Source of the DNA: an uncultured Chlamydiae bacterium
GTDB taxonomy: Bacteria; Chlamydiota; Chlamydiia; Chlamydiales; SM23-39
Direction of reading: 5' to 3'
Assembly: GCA_963730605.1 (NCBI GenBank)
Contig: CAVSSM010000001.1
Location: 673,987 to 737,986, forward strand
DNA length: 64,000 nt
The position numbers were made by a program, and so were the translations under genes. The notes below the pieces were generated by a model. The model had not been told where the DNA came from. It did not search any database and saw only the letters and a program-made list of their open reading frames with translations. Positions 1-10,088 of this stretch are shown here, one piece after another. The number at the start of each line of letters is the position of its first letter. Within the stretch, counting starts at the first letter, position 1.

Positions 1-587
1 GCACAGTCCTTTAAAAAATCCCATAGGTTGATTTTCACCTTGAGCAGCAAACGGTATACCGGCTGCAATGGCAGCCCCATGATGTTGTAATAGCACCCCT
101 CGATTCTTTTGACAATCAAGCTGCCCCCTTTTTGGATCGCATAAGACCCGGCTTTATCCAAAGGGCCGAAGTGGCGGTGGTAGGTATGGATTTGATCCTG
201 AGTCAGTTCATGAAATTCAACAACCGTTACCGCCCCATCGGTAAAGAGCTCCTTATTTTTCATGACGCAGATGCCGGTGTGGACCTCATGAACTTTGCCG
301 GAGAGCTCTGAGAGCATGGCGCTCGCCTCTTCCATCGTCTCAGGCTTGAGAAAAAGACGCCCCCCTTGGAATACGACCGTATCGGCTGTCAATATCGTCT
401 GGTTGGGATGCCGCTCGGCAAGGCTCATCGCCTTCCGTTTTGCGACCTCTTGGCCATACGCCGCGGGATCACCCTTGAAGAGGACTTGCGACTCATCGAA
501 ATCGGGAGAGACTTGGGCGAAGGGAAGCGAAAAATAGGAGAGGATTTCGCGGCGCCTGGGGGATGTGGAGCCTAAGATCAGTTCCAT
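1..587 (-). CDS. maf: Maf-family nucleoside triphosphate pyrophosphatase (3' end cut by window edge)
   Basis: Manual translation: MELILGSTSPRRREIL...ILTADTVV...DKAGSYAIQ...YNIMGLPL, all Maf motifs; not in ORF track. Confidence 0.9.
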   Translation of the reverse strand, partial: MELILGSTSPRRREILSYFSLPFAQVSPDFDESQVLFKGDPAAYGQEVAKRKAMSLAERHPNQTILTADTVVFQGGRLFLKPETMEEASAMLSELSGKVHEVHTGICVMKNKELFTDGAVTVVEFHELTQDQIHTYHRHFGPLDKAGSYAIQKGGSLIVKRIEGCYYNIMGLPLQPVYRLLLKVKINLWDFLKDC

Positions 588-688
588 TTTCCACTAGAAT
601 GCCAGATCCCGGCCGCCACGTCAAAATATGTCTTTCCGAGAAATAAAGGCTAGAGTGTGGTAGAATAGGAGGGAACAAAGGGGTATTT

Positions 689-1204
689 ATGACCGTTTCT
701 CAGGTAAAAAGCCGCCCGAATCCACCCTCCTCCCTAGGTGCCTTGGCAAAGCCAAAACCTCATCAGGGACCTCAGGGACTTGCTCAAATGCCAGACCGCC
801 TGGAGCCACGACAAACGGGGCCTCAAGAGCCTCCCAGTTTTTTCAAGGAATTCCTTTTCAAACCGCTTTTCCGAGTGATTAAATTCCTGATCCGGGGCAT
901 TTTTACTTTCATCGATTTTCTTCGGAACGTCTCTTTCGAAGAAACCCCGGAACCAGCCATCAATCGGGAGGGGTTCCTTGACCGTCTTTCCCGCGCGCCT
1001 ACTCCTGAGATGATCTTCCACCAATTCGAAGAGATCTATACTACGGCAGAGCAAACCTTAGTCTATCACGCCATAGGCGAAGCTCACCCCTCCAAAACCT
1101 CTTGGAAAGAGGCGTTCTGGAACCGGTCGCCTCAAGAGAATATCGCCCTCGGCCGCCACCTCATCCGGCAAAACCCCTTTCTCTTACGGGACTATTTGAC
1201 CTGA
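689..1204 (+). CDS. hypothetical protein
   Basis: 171 aa ORF with purine-rich RBS-like sequence upstream; no recognised motif. Confidence 0.6.
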   Translation: MTVSQVKSRPNPPSSLGALAKPKPHQGPQGLAQMPDRLEPRQTGPQEPPSFFKEFLFKPLFRVIKFLIRGIFTFIDFLRNVSFEETPEPAINREGFLDRLSRAPTPEMIFHQFEEIYTTAEQTLVYHAIGEAHPSKTSWKEAFWNRSPQENIALGRHLIRQNPFLLRDYLT

Positions 1205-1210
1205 CAAAAA

Positions 1211-1301
1211 GGTCTATCCCAAATATTGAATCGTTCCAACTCCTAAGAGGGTGTTAACAGTCTCTAAGCTTTTCATCCCATTAAAGTGTTTGGGATAGTC
1301 C
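1211..1301. mobile_element. MITE-like remnant with 15-bp terminal inverted repeats
   Basis: ggtctatcccaaata vs revcomp of tgtttgggatagtcc (13/15); internal imperfect palindrome taagaggggtgttaacagtctcta. Confidence 0.4.
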
Positions 1302-1427
1302 GTTCTATTTGGTTATCAGTGATATATGACTATTTTTCGATTTTTAAACAAAAAAAATAAAGTATAAATAAATTACTTAATTATTGTAAAATAATAGCAT
1401 GATACAGTAAATATAATTGATGATTTT

Positions 1428-1922
1428 ATGTCTATTATTCATATAAACACCACATCATCTCCAGCCACGGGCTGGAAGACATCAGCACTCTTTCAAGAGG
1501 CCCGCTGGAGAGAAGTAGCCAAAAAAATAGGATGCTTTGCTCTTACAACGCTTGTTGTTGTAGGGACATTAGCGTGTCTTGTATTTATCCCAGGAGCTCC
1601 TTTATACGCCCTAGCAGGAACTGCTATTCTTTTAGGATTGACTGGGTCGCTGACCGGGACTGCGGCTGTTGTTGCAGCGGTAGGCATGTCTCTGGGTACG
1701 TACACTTTTTGGAACGGGGCGTTTGCTTTGGGTGCTATTTTAGGCGAAAGGACAAGGCATGACGCAGATGAGGCTATTCAGGAGCAAGAACCCCCTGCTG
1801 TTCAGGAGCAAAAACCCCCTGCTGTTCAGGAGCAAGAACACCCTTGGAAGGGGTATTCGAAAGGAGCGCGTTATTCGGACGGAATGACGTACATGATGCC
1901 CTCGCTACCTCAAGAAAAATGA
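1428..1922 (+). CDS. Inc-like membrane protein (long bilobed hydrophobic segment)
   Basis: ~60 aa hydrophobic stretch after S/T-rich N-terminus; AT-rich upstream region. Confidence 0.6.
   Translation: MSIIHINTTSSPATGWKTSALFQEARWREVAKKIGCFALTTLVVVGTLACLVFIPGAPLYALAGTAILLGLTGSLTGTAAVVAAVGMSLGTYTFWNGAFALGAILGERTRHDADEAIQEQEPPAVQEQKPPAVQEQEHPWKGYSKGARYSDGMTYMMPSLPQEK
1777..1844 (+). repeat. 24-bp coding tandem repeat x~3 (QEQEPPAV)
   Basis: ttcaggagcaagaaccccctgctg / ttcaggagcaaaaaccccctgctg / ttcaggagcaagaacaccc. Confidence 0.9.
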
Positions 1923-1967
1923 GATCAACCAACACGGTGATTTTTAGCGGATCCACGCAGAAAGTTT

Positions 1968-3887
1968 TTACTCTTCTCCCGACTTCTTCTTGTTTTTCTT
2001 TGGGAGGAGAGGCGCGGTCCTCGCGGTGAGATCGACCCAGATGGGAGAGCTCCATGCGATATGGCCATCTTTCTGTATGGCGCGAAGATAATAATAAACA
2101 AACGGCGGCCTGCCAGGCGGCCCGTCAAGCGCGATTTGACCAAGAAGTTCGGTGTCGTCGATTTCGAATTCACATTTTTCTTCTATGAGCGGCAGATTGC
2201 GGAAAATTTTTCCATTGCGGATCAGCGCCACCTCGGTAAGGGGCTGGGTACCGATGCAGTAGCCGGTGATGTGGCGGTTGAATTCGAGGCCTGGGCGGAC
2301 TTTCGTGTCGGTTTCCACTCCCATGGAAAATCCTGCCAGATTGAGGCCGAGGATGATCCTTTCCCCCGTTGTCGCAAAGCAGGATCTGGCGGAAAGCGCT
2401 TCGATGAGAGAGGCGCGGCTATGCTCTTTGGCCAAGATCGCTGTGAGTCCTGGGGAATATTGCGTTTGGTCAGTCTCAAATAAGTGGCTGTAGCAGCCTC
2501 GGTCGTCGTAGCCGCCCGCGACGAATCCAAAACGGCATCCTTTATTTAATGCTTTGACGAGCGATCCTTCTGCAGATTCGGCAATACCCCCTTTGCCGCT
2601 GTTGATCGGCCGGAAGTTTCCTTCTTTGGCAGCGCATTCAGAGGACCCCCAAGCATTATACATCTCGGCGACTCTTTCAAATTCAGGATTGAAATCGGTG
2701 AAATTACAGAGGGTCGTCTTGCCCATTGAAAAACTGGGGATCGCGATCATCTCTTTCGGATTGTTGGTCTTGTAGATTTTTTTGAGGGAATTGTTCTTCG
2801 TGTCTTTTTTTCTCAAGATATGTTTCATGTCTTTCGAGTAGATGAAATGGCGGAGCCCCTCTTCGCCCGGATCTCCCATCCATTGGAATCCTAACATCGC
2901 GACGAAGCGGTCGTCTTCGTTGAACTCGGCGATCTGCTGGCTCATCATCTTCCACTGATCATTGGGCGTCTCTTCTTCGCTGTCGAAAGAAGAAATCGCG
3001 TAGAACTGCAGCGCTTTGTCATCGCGGACATGCCTGAGGAACGCTTCGATGTTCTCAGAAGAATCGACGCGGTCCGATTCTCCATGCAAAAGACCCCAGT
3101 AAAGGTTGGTCGCCCCTTCGGGCAAGCATTTGATGGGGGCTGAAAAGAAGGTGCTGTTCGATTTGAGGTTGCGCAGTTGAATCTTATAGATGCCCGGTTC
3201 GTTGAAGTAGAGGTTGGGAAGGGCGATAAATCCGGTCTCAGGAACAAAGAGCTTCCAATTGAGGTTTTCCCGAAGATGCTGATACGACAGGTCGATCAGC
3301 GTCCCTTCCGGGGCATTCGACGTCAAATTCCCATAAACGTCTTCGAAACGGACGATGACGTCGAAGCGCTTATTGCGAGTTACGATCGAAGGAGCGATGA
3401 TCCGCAAGGTCTGTAATTGATTGCCTCTTACGTCGAGATAGAACGTCTCGGGCTCTTTGTAATCCCCTTTCCCTTTCGGATCGATGTACAGAAGAAACGG
3501 CCGCTTTCTTTGGACCAGTTTTTGGCAAAGGCTTCCTCTTTTAGGATCCCTTTCCGGATTGCCCATGTGGATTGAAAAATTGTCTCCCGGTTTCAGTTCT
3601 GTCGGCAGGATGAATTCGAAAGAGGAGGTCAGGGTTTGAGGATGCTGCACCTCGACTCCGCTAACAGGAGCCTTGCTTCCAGAGATTTCCACCCAAATGA
3701 GATTGGCTTTTTCCTTCAGGTTCGTCTTCGGGATCATCCAATCGATCGGGCGGCCTTTGCTGCCCAAGTCGAACCGGATTTTCGTCCCCTTGGGGAGGTG
3801 GTTCGCGGTCGTATAGATAAACTTCCAGTTGGAAGTTTCCCCGGCGAAAGCGGCTGGGGGTTCGCAATAGCAAATCGAACGGCGCAT
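1968..3887 (-). CDS. DUF3604 domain protein (CT425-like, PHP-like fold)
   Basis: Start MRRSICYCEP; YWGLLHGES and AWSSPIWV motifs of the chlamydial family. Confidence 0.8.
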   Translation of the reverse strand: MRRSICYCEPPAAFAGETSNWKFIYTTANHLPKGTKIRFDLGSKGRPIDWMIPKTNLKEKANLIWVEISGSKAPVSGVEVQHPQTLTSSFEFILPTELKPGDNFSIHMGNPERDPKRGSLCQKLVQRKRPFLLYIDPKGKGDYKEPETFYLDVRGNQLQTLRIIAPSIVTRNKRFDVIVRFEDVYGNLTSNAPEGTLIDLSYQHLRENLNWKLFVPETGFIALPNLYFNEPGIYKIQLRNLKSNSTFFSAPIKCLPEGATNLYWGLLHGESDRVDSSENIEAFLRHVRDDKALQFYAISSFDSEEETPNDQWKMMSQQIAEFNEDDRFVAMLGFQWMGDPGEEGLRHFIYSKDMKHILRKKDTKNNSLKKIYKTNNPKEMIAIPSFSMGKTTLCNFTDFNPEFERVAEMYNAWGSSECAAKEGNFRPINSGKGGIAESAEGSLVKALNKGCRFGFVAGGYDDRGCYSHLFETDQTQYSPGLTAILAKEHSRASLIEALSARSCFATTGERIILGLNLAGFSMGVETDTKVRPGLEFNRHITGYCIGTQPLTEVALIRNGKIFRNLPLIEEKCEFEIDDTELLGQIALDGPPGRPPFVYYYLRAIQKDGHIAWSSPIWVDLTARTAPLLPKKNKKKSGEE

Positions 3888-4117
3888 TCCAAAACTCCTT
3901 ATCTGTATTATTGTGCCGCAAAAAGACCTTTGACGCAAGAACCTAAGGCGGCGTCTCGTTATTCTTAACAATGAACAGGACGAAAACCGGTATACTCAAA
4001 GAATATGAAGAATCGGGAATATGGCAAGGCTGCGGACACTTGAAAAAGCTCGGGGGTTCGAGCTTTTTCTAAGAAAGCAGCCCAGAATTTGAGCCAGGCT
4101 TTGCCGGCGCCGGGTCC

Positions 4118-4148
4118 GGGGTCCCCAAAAAACGCATCGTTTTTGGGG
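4118..4148. repeat. short REP-like hairpin copy
   Basis: ggggtccccaaaaaacgcatcgtttttgggg. Confidence 0.8.
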
Positions 4149-4185
4149 TGGGCCGTTGCAGCTCAACTTGAATAAGTTGAGCGCC

Positions 4186-4215
4186 GGGGTCCCCGAAGAC
4201 GCAACGTCTTTGGGG
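4186..4215. repeat. short REP-like hairpin copy
   Basis: ggggtccccgaagacgcaacgtctttgggg. Confidence 0.8.
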
Positions 4216-4264
4216 TGGGGTGCAGGAGGGCTCAAAGGCTGTGGCTGCCCGACGCCGCCAGAAA

Positions 4265-4474
4265 ATGACCGCGACTGACTTTGGAAAAGTTTTTGGAGTC
4301 ACGCATAGCGCTGTTTTAAGATGGGAGAACGAAGAGAGAAAGATCAGTCCTACCACAGAGTTTTACATTCTGTTATATGTACTCAATTGTTTACATGCAA
4401 AAGCAAAAGAGTTCCAAATTCTATATCACAAGGTGAAAATTGAGACTTTATCCAAAAAAATGATTCTGAGTTAA
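4265..4474 (+). pseudogene. XRE-type HTH protein, probably an N-terminally truncated antitoxin/regulator
   Basis: MTATDFGKVFGVTHSAVLRWEN HTH pattern; upstream sequence is a repeat mosaic. Confidence 0.55.
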
Positions 4475-4711
4475 TTGAAATTGATGCTTCGAAAGGCCTT
4501 CGGCTGGCTGATTAAACCGCACGCTTGATGCCCTTCCAGGAAAATCAATCGGATGAGGGCAGTTTTGCCCCACAACCGATTTTCGTGTCTCAGGCTACCA
4601 AAACTCTACGTCTTGGCATACGATCATCGGTTCTTGGGCAGTTTCTGAAAGCCGCAAGGCGCTCTGTCAGTAATTCTGCGCTCCATATCCAGTGTAGAGT
4701 GGGTGGATGCG

Positions 4712-6265
4712 CTAGAGCAAATAATTATTGGCTAATGCCCTGAATTCTTGGATCTGGGTGGTTTCCCAAGAGGGGGGACGGCCAAGCTCTTTGGCTAAAA
4801 GATGGGCTGCGGCGGGGGCGATTTCAAGTGCGGCTCTGGCGTCGAGGAAGAGGGAGCGAGTGCGGCGCGCGAGGACGTCTTCCAGGGTCCGCGCCATCTC
4901 GAAGCGGGCCGCCCAGACGATCTCTGCTGGGGTGTAGGGGAGGCGGGGATGGAGGGGCTGGCTCATAGAGGGATTTTGAGCAGCCAGGTCTTTGAGAAGA
5001 TGCCGGTCTGAGCCGTAGGAGAGCCAGGCGTCGACGGGGTGAGCGCCTTCTTCATAGCCGTGGAGATGTAAATCGTGCGTGCGGCAGGGGATGTCGGGGA
5101 GATTGCCGATGGGAATGGCCTTGTCGATGGTATCCTGGGCCATTTTTCGGTAGGTCGTCCATTTGCCGCCGGTGATGGTGACGAGGCCGGAAGGGGATAC
5201 GAAAAGGGTGTGACCGCGGGAGAGGGCGGCCGTATTTTCATTATCGGCGGCTTTTACAAGAGGCCTTAGCCCCGCAAATGCGCTTAAGACATTTTCTCTT
5301 TGCAGCGGTTTTGTCAAATAGCGCGCCGTCGTTTTGAGCAAGAAGGAGATCTCCTCTTCGAGCGGCTTTGGCTCCATTTGAATCTCGGGGACGGGCGTAT
5401 CGGTCGTGCCGATGAGCACGTGCTTATGCCAGGGGACGAAAAAGAGGACGCGGTTGTCGTCGGTGTGGGGGATGATGATCGCGGTATCTGCCGGTAAATA
5501 GGAGCGGTCTACGACCAGATGGACCCCTTGGCTTGGCGCTATGAGCGGAAGGCTTTTCGGATCGTCGAGGCGCCGGACGCCGTCGCTGAACACCCCGCCC
5601 GCATTGATGACGGCTTTGGCGCGAAGGCGAAAGGATTCCCCCGTCTCAAGATCGCGCGCGGCGACCCCTGCTGCCGCCCCATTAACTTTCAGCAATTCTA
5701 TGACCGGAAAATAGTTGAGCAAGACGGCTCCATGGGTTGCCGCAGTTTGAGCGAGGCAGCAGGCGAGCCGGGCGTCGTCGAACTGACCGTCGTAATAGAT
5801 CTTGCCTCCGCGAAGGTCTTGGGGTTCGAGAGTCGGAAAGCGGGAGAGCGTTTCTTCTTTGGAGAGATGGATCGATTGTTCGAGTCCCAGTTTTCCGGCA
5901 AGGAGATCGTAGATTTTTACGCCGATGCCGTAAAAAGGGACTTCCCACCAATGGTAGTTTGGGATCAGAAACCCAAGGTGGCTGACGATGTGGGGCGCGT
6001 TTTGGCAAAGGAGGCCTCTTTCATGGAGGGCTTCAATCACGAGCGTCACGTTGCCTTGCTTCAAATACCGCAAACCCCCATGGATGAGCTTGGTGCTGCG
6101 GCTCGATGTCCCTTTGGCAAAATCGGATTGCTCTAGAAGAAGCGTTTTAAACCCTCGCGAAGCGGAGTCGACGGCGCATCCAAGGCCGGTTGCTCCGCCT
6201 CCGATGATGATCAGATCCCAGCTCTTCTCTTTGCGGATCTCTTCGAGAAACGCTTCCCGCCTCAA
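4712..6265 (-). CDS. glpD: FAD-dependent glycerol-3-phosphate dehydrogenase
   Basis: [35 protein letters not shown]; probable TTG start overlapping glpK stop. Confidence 0.95.
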   Translation of the reverse strand: MRREAFLEEIRKEKSWDLIIIGGGATGLGCAVDSASRGFKTLLLEQSDFAKGTSSRSTKLIHGGLRYLKQGNVTLVIEALHERGLLCQNAPHIVSHLGFLIPNYHWWEVPFYGIGVKIYDLLAGKLGLEQSIHLSKEETLSRFPTLEPQDLRGGKIYYDGQFDDARLACCLAQTAATHGAVLLNYFPVIELLKVNGAAAGVAARDLETGESFRLRAKAVINAGGVFSDGVRRLDDPKSLPLIAPSQGVHLVVDRSYLPADTAIIIPHTDDNRVLFFVPWHKHVLIGTTDTPVPEIQMEPKPLEEEISFLLKTTARYLTKPLQRENVLSAFAGLRPLVKAADNENTAALSRGHTLFVSPSGLVTITGGKWTTYRKMAQDTIDKAIPIGNLPDIPCRTHDLHLHGYEEGAHPVDAWLSYGSDRHLLKDLAAQNPSMSQPLHPRLPYTPAEIVWAARFEMARTLEDVLARRTRSLFLDARAALEIAPAAAHLLAKELGRPPSWETTQIQEFRALANNYLL

Positions 6266-7749
6266 CTTTCCCAACCTTTTGCGCATCGGATGGCGCGGTC
6301 CCATTTTTTTAAGAGCTTGCGCCGCACCGCGTCGTCCATCTGAGGGCGGAATTCCTTCTCAAGCCGCCAAGTGGCGGCGATCTCTTGCGGGCTTTTCCAA
6401 ATCTTCACTGCTAGGCCGGCGAGAAATGCTGAACCAAGAGCCGTGAGCTCTTGATTTTTCGGCCGCAAAACGGGGATCCCCATCAGGTTGGACTGGAATT
6501 GCATCGCCAAATCGCTGGCCACGATCCCCCCGTCGACACGCAGTTCCGTTAAATCCATCCCCGCGTCATTTTCCATCGCGCGCAGAACGTCGGCCGCTTG
6601 ATAGGCGATGCTCTCCAAAATCGCTCGAGCGATGTGGGCGCCTGTCGTTCCTCTCGAGATGCCCAATATCGTCCCGCGCGCGTAAGGATCCCAATGCGGG
6701 GCGCCGAGGCCGGTGAAAGCCGGCACGAAGAAAACGCCTCCGGTGTCGCGCACGCTGCCGGCCAAGGCGTCGATGTCGGAGCTTTTCTTAATGAGTCCGA
6801 GATTGTCGCGAAACCACTGGATTGCCGTCCCTGCGTTGAATACGCTCCCTTCCAGGGCATAGTGTGTAACGCCGTCCATCTGCAAAGCGATCGTCGTGAG
6901 CAATTTGTTCTTTGAAATGACGGCTTTCTTGCCTGTATTCATCAAGATGAAACATCCTGTCCCATAGGTTCCTTTGGCCGTTCCTGGGTTGAAACAAGCC
7001 TGCCCGAAGAGGGCCGCCTGCTGGTCTCCGGCGATCCCGGCGATGGGGATCGCGGAAGAAAAAAGATGATTTCCCGTTTGCCCATAAATTTCGCTGCAAG
7101 AGCGCACTTCGGGCAAAATCGATTTCGGGATGTCGAGGATTTTTAAGAGCTCGTCATCCCACTCTCCGGTATGGATATTGAAAAGGAGAGTGCGGCTCGC
7201 ATTCGTCGCATCGGTCGCATGCAGCTGCCCGTTCGTCAATTTCCAGATAAGCCAAGAATCGACCGTCCCAAATGCAAGGCGGCCCTCTTTTGCCAGTTTG
7301 CGGGCGCCTTGCACATGCTCTAAGAGCCAACTGATTTTCGTTCCTGAAAAATAAGGGTCGAGGAGGAGCCCTGTTTTCTCAATGAAAAGGGGTTCCATCC
7401 CTTGCTTTTTCAATTGCTCGCAAATGTCGGTCGTCCGCCTGTCTTGCCAAACGATGGCCATGGCGATGGGCTTCGAGGTGTTCTTATCCCACAAGATCGT
7501 CGTTTCCCGTTGATTCGTGATGCCGATCGCAGCGATGTCTTTTGGGGAGAGCGAGGCTTTGGCCATCGCCTCATTCGCGACGGAAAATTGAGAAGACCAG
7601 ATTTCCTCAGGGTCGTGCTCGACCCATCCTGACGATGGGAAATGCTGTTGGAATTCCTTCTGAGCGATCGAGACTACGCTTCCTTGTTCATCGATGATCA
7701 ATGAACGGGAAGAGGTAGTCCCTTGGTCTAGGGCAAGGATATAGCGCAT
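6262..7749 (-). CDS. glpK: glycerol kinase
   Basis: [34 protein letters not shown]. Confidence 0.97.
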   Translation of the reverse strand: MRYILALDQGTTSSRSLIIDEQGSVVSIAQKEFQQHFPSSGWVEHDPEEIWSSQFSVANEAMAKASLSPKDIAAIGITNQRETTILWDKNTSKPIAMAIVWQDRRTTDICEQLKKQGMEPLFIEKTGLLLDPYFSGTKISWLLEHVQGARKLAKEGRLAFGTVDSWLIWKLTNGQLHATDATNASRTLLFNIHTGEWDDELLKILDIPKSILPEVRSCSEIYGQTGNHLFSSAIPIAGIAGDQQAALFGQACFNPGTAKGTYGTGCFILMNTGKKAVISKNKLLTTIALQMDGVTHYALEGSVFNAGTAIQWFRDNLGLIKKSSDIDALAGSVRDTGGVFFVPAFTGLGAPHWDPYARGTILGISRGTTGAHIARAILESIAYQAADVLRAMENDAGMDLTELRVDGGIVASDLAMQFQSNLMGIPVLRPKNQELTALGSAFLAGLAVKIWKSPQEIAATWRLEKEFRPQMDDAVRRKLLKKWDRAIRCAKGWES

Positions 7750-7815
7750 AGATTGGCTCTTTATTTTGTTTTATACCATTGACATGAAAAGTCAAATTGA
7801 AATAACAAGATCGTT

Positions 7816-8532
7816 ATGGAGATCTTTATCAGTGAATTCGTCGGGACGTGCATTTTGATGCTCCTTGGCAACGGAGTCGTCGCGAACGTCCTTCTCAAAC
7901 AGACGAAGGGAAATAGCAGCGGGTGGATCGTGATTTCGGCGGGATGGGGCTTTGCCGTTGGCATCGCTGTCTATTGCGGATGGATGAGCGGCGCCCATTT
8001 CAACCCCGCCGTGACATTCGGCTTCGCGGTGATCGGGAAAACCCCATGGAGTCTCGTTCCGCTCTACTGGATCTCGCAACTTCTCGGCGCGATCGCGGGG
8101 CAGTTTTTAGTCTGGTGCAGTTATCTCTCCCATTGGTCCCAAACAAAGGACCCTACTTTGAAACTCCTTTGCTTTTCCACGAAGCCGGCCATTCGGCATA
8201 ATGGCCTCAATTTCTTGACCGAGACGATCGCGACCGCGGTCTTGCTTCTCGGTATTCTCGTGATCTTCGACCCACACAACGCCATGACGGCCTCGCTCGG
8301 GCCGTATCTCATCGGCATTTTGATCTTCAGCATCGGCCTTTCGCTTGGCGGGCCGACTGGGTTTGCCATCAACCCGGCCCGCGACCTCGGCCCCCGCATC
8401 CTCCACTGTTTTCTCCCGATCGGGAACCGGGGATCAACGGAGTGGGATTATGCCTGGATCCCCATCTTAGCGCCGCTTGTCGGCGGAACGCTTGGCGCAC
8501 TTGTTTATCGCGCTTTCCTTGCTGGATTCTGA
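7816..8532 (+). CDS. glpF: glycerol uptake facilitator (aquaglyceroporin)
   Basis: SGAHFNPAVT and AINPARDLGPR NPA boxes; divergent from glpK. Confidence 0.95.
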   Translation: MEIFISEFVGTCILMLLGNGVVANVLLKQTKGNSSGWIVISAGWGFAVGIAVYCGWMSGAHFNPAVTFGFAVIGKTPWSLVPLYWISQLLGAIAGQFLVWCSYLSHWSQTKDPTLKLLCFSTKPAIRHNGLNFLTETIATAVLLLGILVIFDPHNAMTASLGPYLIGILIFSIGLSLGGPTGFAINPARDLGPRILHCFLPIGNRGSTEWDYAWIPILAPLVGGTLGALVYRAFLAGF

Positions 8533-8572
8533 AAATCATGGTCCATGATTTAATGTAGGGACTAATCGGCTA

Positions 8573-8845
8573 TTAAAGCTCGCAGCGCTGTCCTTTAGCG
8601 ACTAATTTTTGGCGAAGATCGGCCGCTTTCTCGCGGATCAAACTCTCTGCACTTTTGGAGCCCTCTGTTGCAGCGTTGAGGGCAACTTCATATCCTTGAT
8701 CTCGATCAACTAATTTCCCAAAGAGATCGATCCCCTGACTATGGCGGATCTCGTCAGTGCTTTTGCAAGCCTCGGTTGCAGAGCTGATGGCGGCTTCATA
8801 ACCTTGGCCTTGATCGACCAATTTTCCGAGGAGGTCGGATCGCAT
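8573..8845 (-). pseudogene. fragment of helical (HEAT-like) repeat protein
   Basis: ~35-aa repeats DLLGKLVDQGQGYEAA / DLFGKLVDRDQGYEVA / DLRQKLVAKGQ; appears 5'-truncated. Confidence 0.5.
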
Positions 8846-9036
8846 GGGTCTTAAGATCCACGCTTTTGAAAGCCGTCGAAAAGCGGCCAAAATAATCCAA
8901 AAACTCGGGCGTTCCCTCACTTTGTAGACACCCTCTCAATCTGTATGGAAAAATTTTTATTCGGGAATTTGTTGACTTAAAATTTAATTATGTAGATGCT
9001 TGGTTTTTTGCCAATTAATTTTTATTATGAGGTTTT

Positions 9037-9798
9037 ATGTGTTCTCTCATTGCGAGCGCAACAAATCCTAATCTTGGGGCACTATCTTTAGCTAATGAAC
9101 ATTTGAATCGGGTCGTAGAAAAAATGGGCGCTTTAGGGCAATTTTCAGTGACTGAGTATGATCCGAATCCCATAAACATGCACAACAAAGGGATAAAAAA
9201 CCAGATGAGAATCGGTGAGAAAATGGCTGATGTTCTAAATGGAGGCAATACCGAATTTACTGTTCAATCAGCGCTTGGACTTATGGCCCATGAAGTTGCT
9301 CATAGAATATTAAAACACAATGAACAAACCATTGCATTTTTGCTTGAATCGCAAGGTATTCCTGTCAAATCGTTAGATGACCTGGTAGAAGTTTTATCAG
9401 GAACTCCTGAGACACAGTCAGCAAAACGTCTTTTCATAGATTACCACAATTGGGCATCAGGAGAGACTCCAGAAAGTGTAGAGAAGCTTATAAACTCAGT
9501 GAATCAAAAAATATCAGAATTTTATCGGAATCAAGAAAAGGAAGCGGATCTTCTTACAATGAGAGACTCCTATCTTGCACGAGGACTCAGAGACTATTTT
9601 GTAAGAATCATCGAAAATTGCGAAAAAAATCCTGAATTTCACTGCTCTGTCTCCTATGTGGATGATGAAAAACATCCATCGACAGTTAGCCGCATTCACT
9701 ATATGACTCGTGCGCTTTGTCAAGAGTATCCAGAAGAAAATAGTGATATTTGCCCCGATACAGACTCGCGATATGGAAGCTATACTGCGACCGCTTAG
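9037..9798 (+). CDS. M48-family zinc metalloprotease-like protein
   Basis: AHEVAH, QEKEAD and HPSTVSRI motifs. Confidence 0.75.
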   Translation: MCSLIASATNPNLGALSLANEHLNRVVEKMGALGQFSVTEYDPNPINMHNKGIKNQMRIGEKMADVLNGGNTEFTVQSALGLMAHEVAHRILKHNEQTIAFLLESQGIPVKSLDDLVEVLSGTPETQSAKRLFIDYHNWASGETPESVEKLINSVNQKISEFYRNQEKEADLLTMRDSYLARGLRDYFVRIIENCEKNPEFHCSVSYVDDEKHPSTVSRIHYMTRALCQEYPEENSDICPDTDSRYGSYTATA

Positions 9799-9944
9799 GT
9801 TGTGTGAATTTTGACAGCGGATTTTGCGTTCCAGTAGCATTGCGGAGATCGCCGCAAACTTCAGTATGTTAGCAAGATCGAGCAATGCGCTGGGGCGCAA
9901 AAGGCGCTCAACAAAATTCACTCAAACTGAGTGGGCGCGGTATA
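9781..9944. mobile_element. ~164-bp TA-flanked palindromic element (subfamily A)
   Basis: Ends tatactgcg...cgcggtata; arms gtgaattttg / caaaattcac; similar to revcomp of 19012-19176. Confidence 0.85.
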
Positions 9945-10088
9945 TTCAACTTGCCCAGTATTGGACTTATCCTACCGCTGATAAGCCAAGGTGGGCGGCT
10001 AAATTTTTAAACTAGACATAAATTTCGAGAGCTGATATAATAATGAATTAAAATAATATTATTTAACTTTATTATTATAGGATTTTCT

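Noticed and set aside
5519..6136. Long antisense ORFs opposite glpD (similarly 11918-12733, 17636-18352, 27157-27942, 31598-32395)
   Set aside because: Shadow ORFs of GC-rich coding strands with no motifs.
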